64,000 bases of DNA from a virus. A program made the position numbers and the translations under genes. Every line of letters starts with the position of its first letter. Position 1 is the first letter of the stretch. Shown one piece after another: positions 63,946 through 64,000 of this stretch. The stretch spans positions 1-64,000 of the IMG/VR virus record IMGVR_UViG_3300043411_002995, one strand, 5' to 3'. The notes below the pieces were generated by a model that saw nothing but the letters and a program-made list of their open reading frames with translations, was not told the origin of the DNA and searched no databases.

Positions 63946-64000
63946 TCAGCCTTCGCTGGCGCCGCCGCGGAGGCGCTCCTGCAGGGCGGTGTGGTAGGCC
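63946..64000 (-). CDS. C-terminal fragment of an upstream structural-region gene (truncated by window edge)
   Basis: Open frame AYHTALQERLRGGASEG-stop. Confidence 0.45.
   Translation of the reverse strand, partial: AYHTALQERLRGGASEG

Overview
A 64-kb fragment of a high-GC (about 70% by eye) large tailed bacteriophage, myovirus-like and probably jumbo-sized. The host is uncertain; GC content and gene families are compatible with Myxococcota or another high-GC phylum. Bases 1-560 are an AT-richer non-coding region with two perfect DnaA boxes and hairpins, a candidate origin. Bases ~660-48,400 are mostly + strand and tightly coupled through ATGA/TGATG overlaps. This arm encodes an archaeo-eukaryotic primase (PriS+PriL-like)-MCM helicase fusion, an SMC/Rad50-like ATPase, a SLOG/MoCo-carrier fusion, an AAA+ ATPase, DinG, a HerA-like ATPase, DUF5131, thymidylate kinase, an M15 endolysin, a Sak4-like annealase with a Cas4-like nuclease, a beta-clamp, a lytic transglycosylase, a sigma-4 domain protein, SSB, a resolvase-like nuclease, a PolB-type 3'-5' exonuclease and dozens of small Cys-rich hypotheticals. 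A - strand three-gene island lies at 28.9-32.3 kb. Bases 48,400-64,000 are a - strand virion module: tail tube, sheath, neck proteins, major capsid, decoration protein, prohead protease and many putative internal head proteins. The most notable observations are (i) a hybrid archaeal/bacterial replisome whose helicase ends in an SSB-like acidic tail, (ii) a recurring GGGCAYAAG upstream motif that may be a phage-specific promoter, and (iii) a pervasive K-x-A / F-x-D-E-L-x-K motif across head proteins, suggesting a dedicated processing or targeting code. No tRNA, rRNA, CRISPR array or IS was recognised. All assignments come from reading motifs by eye, not from database searches.
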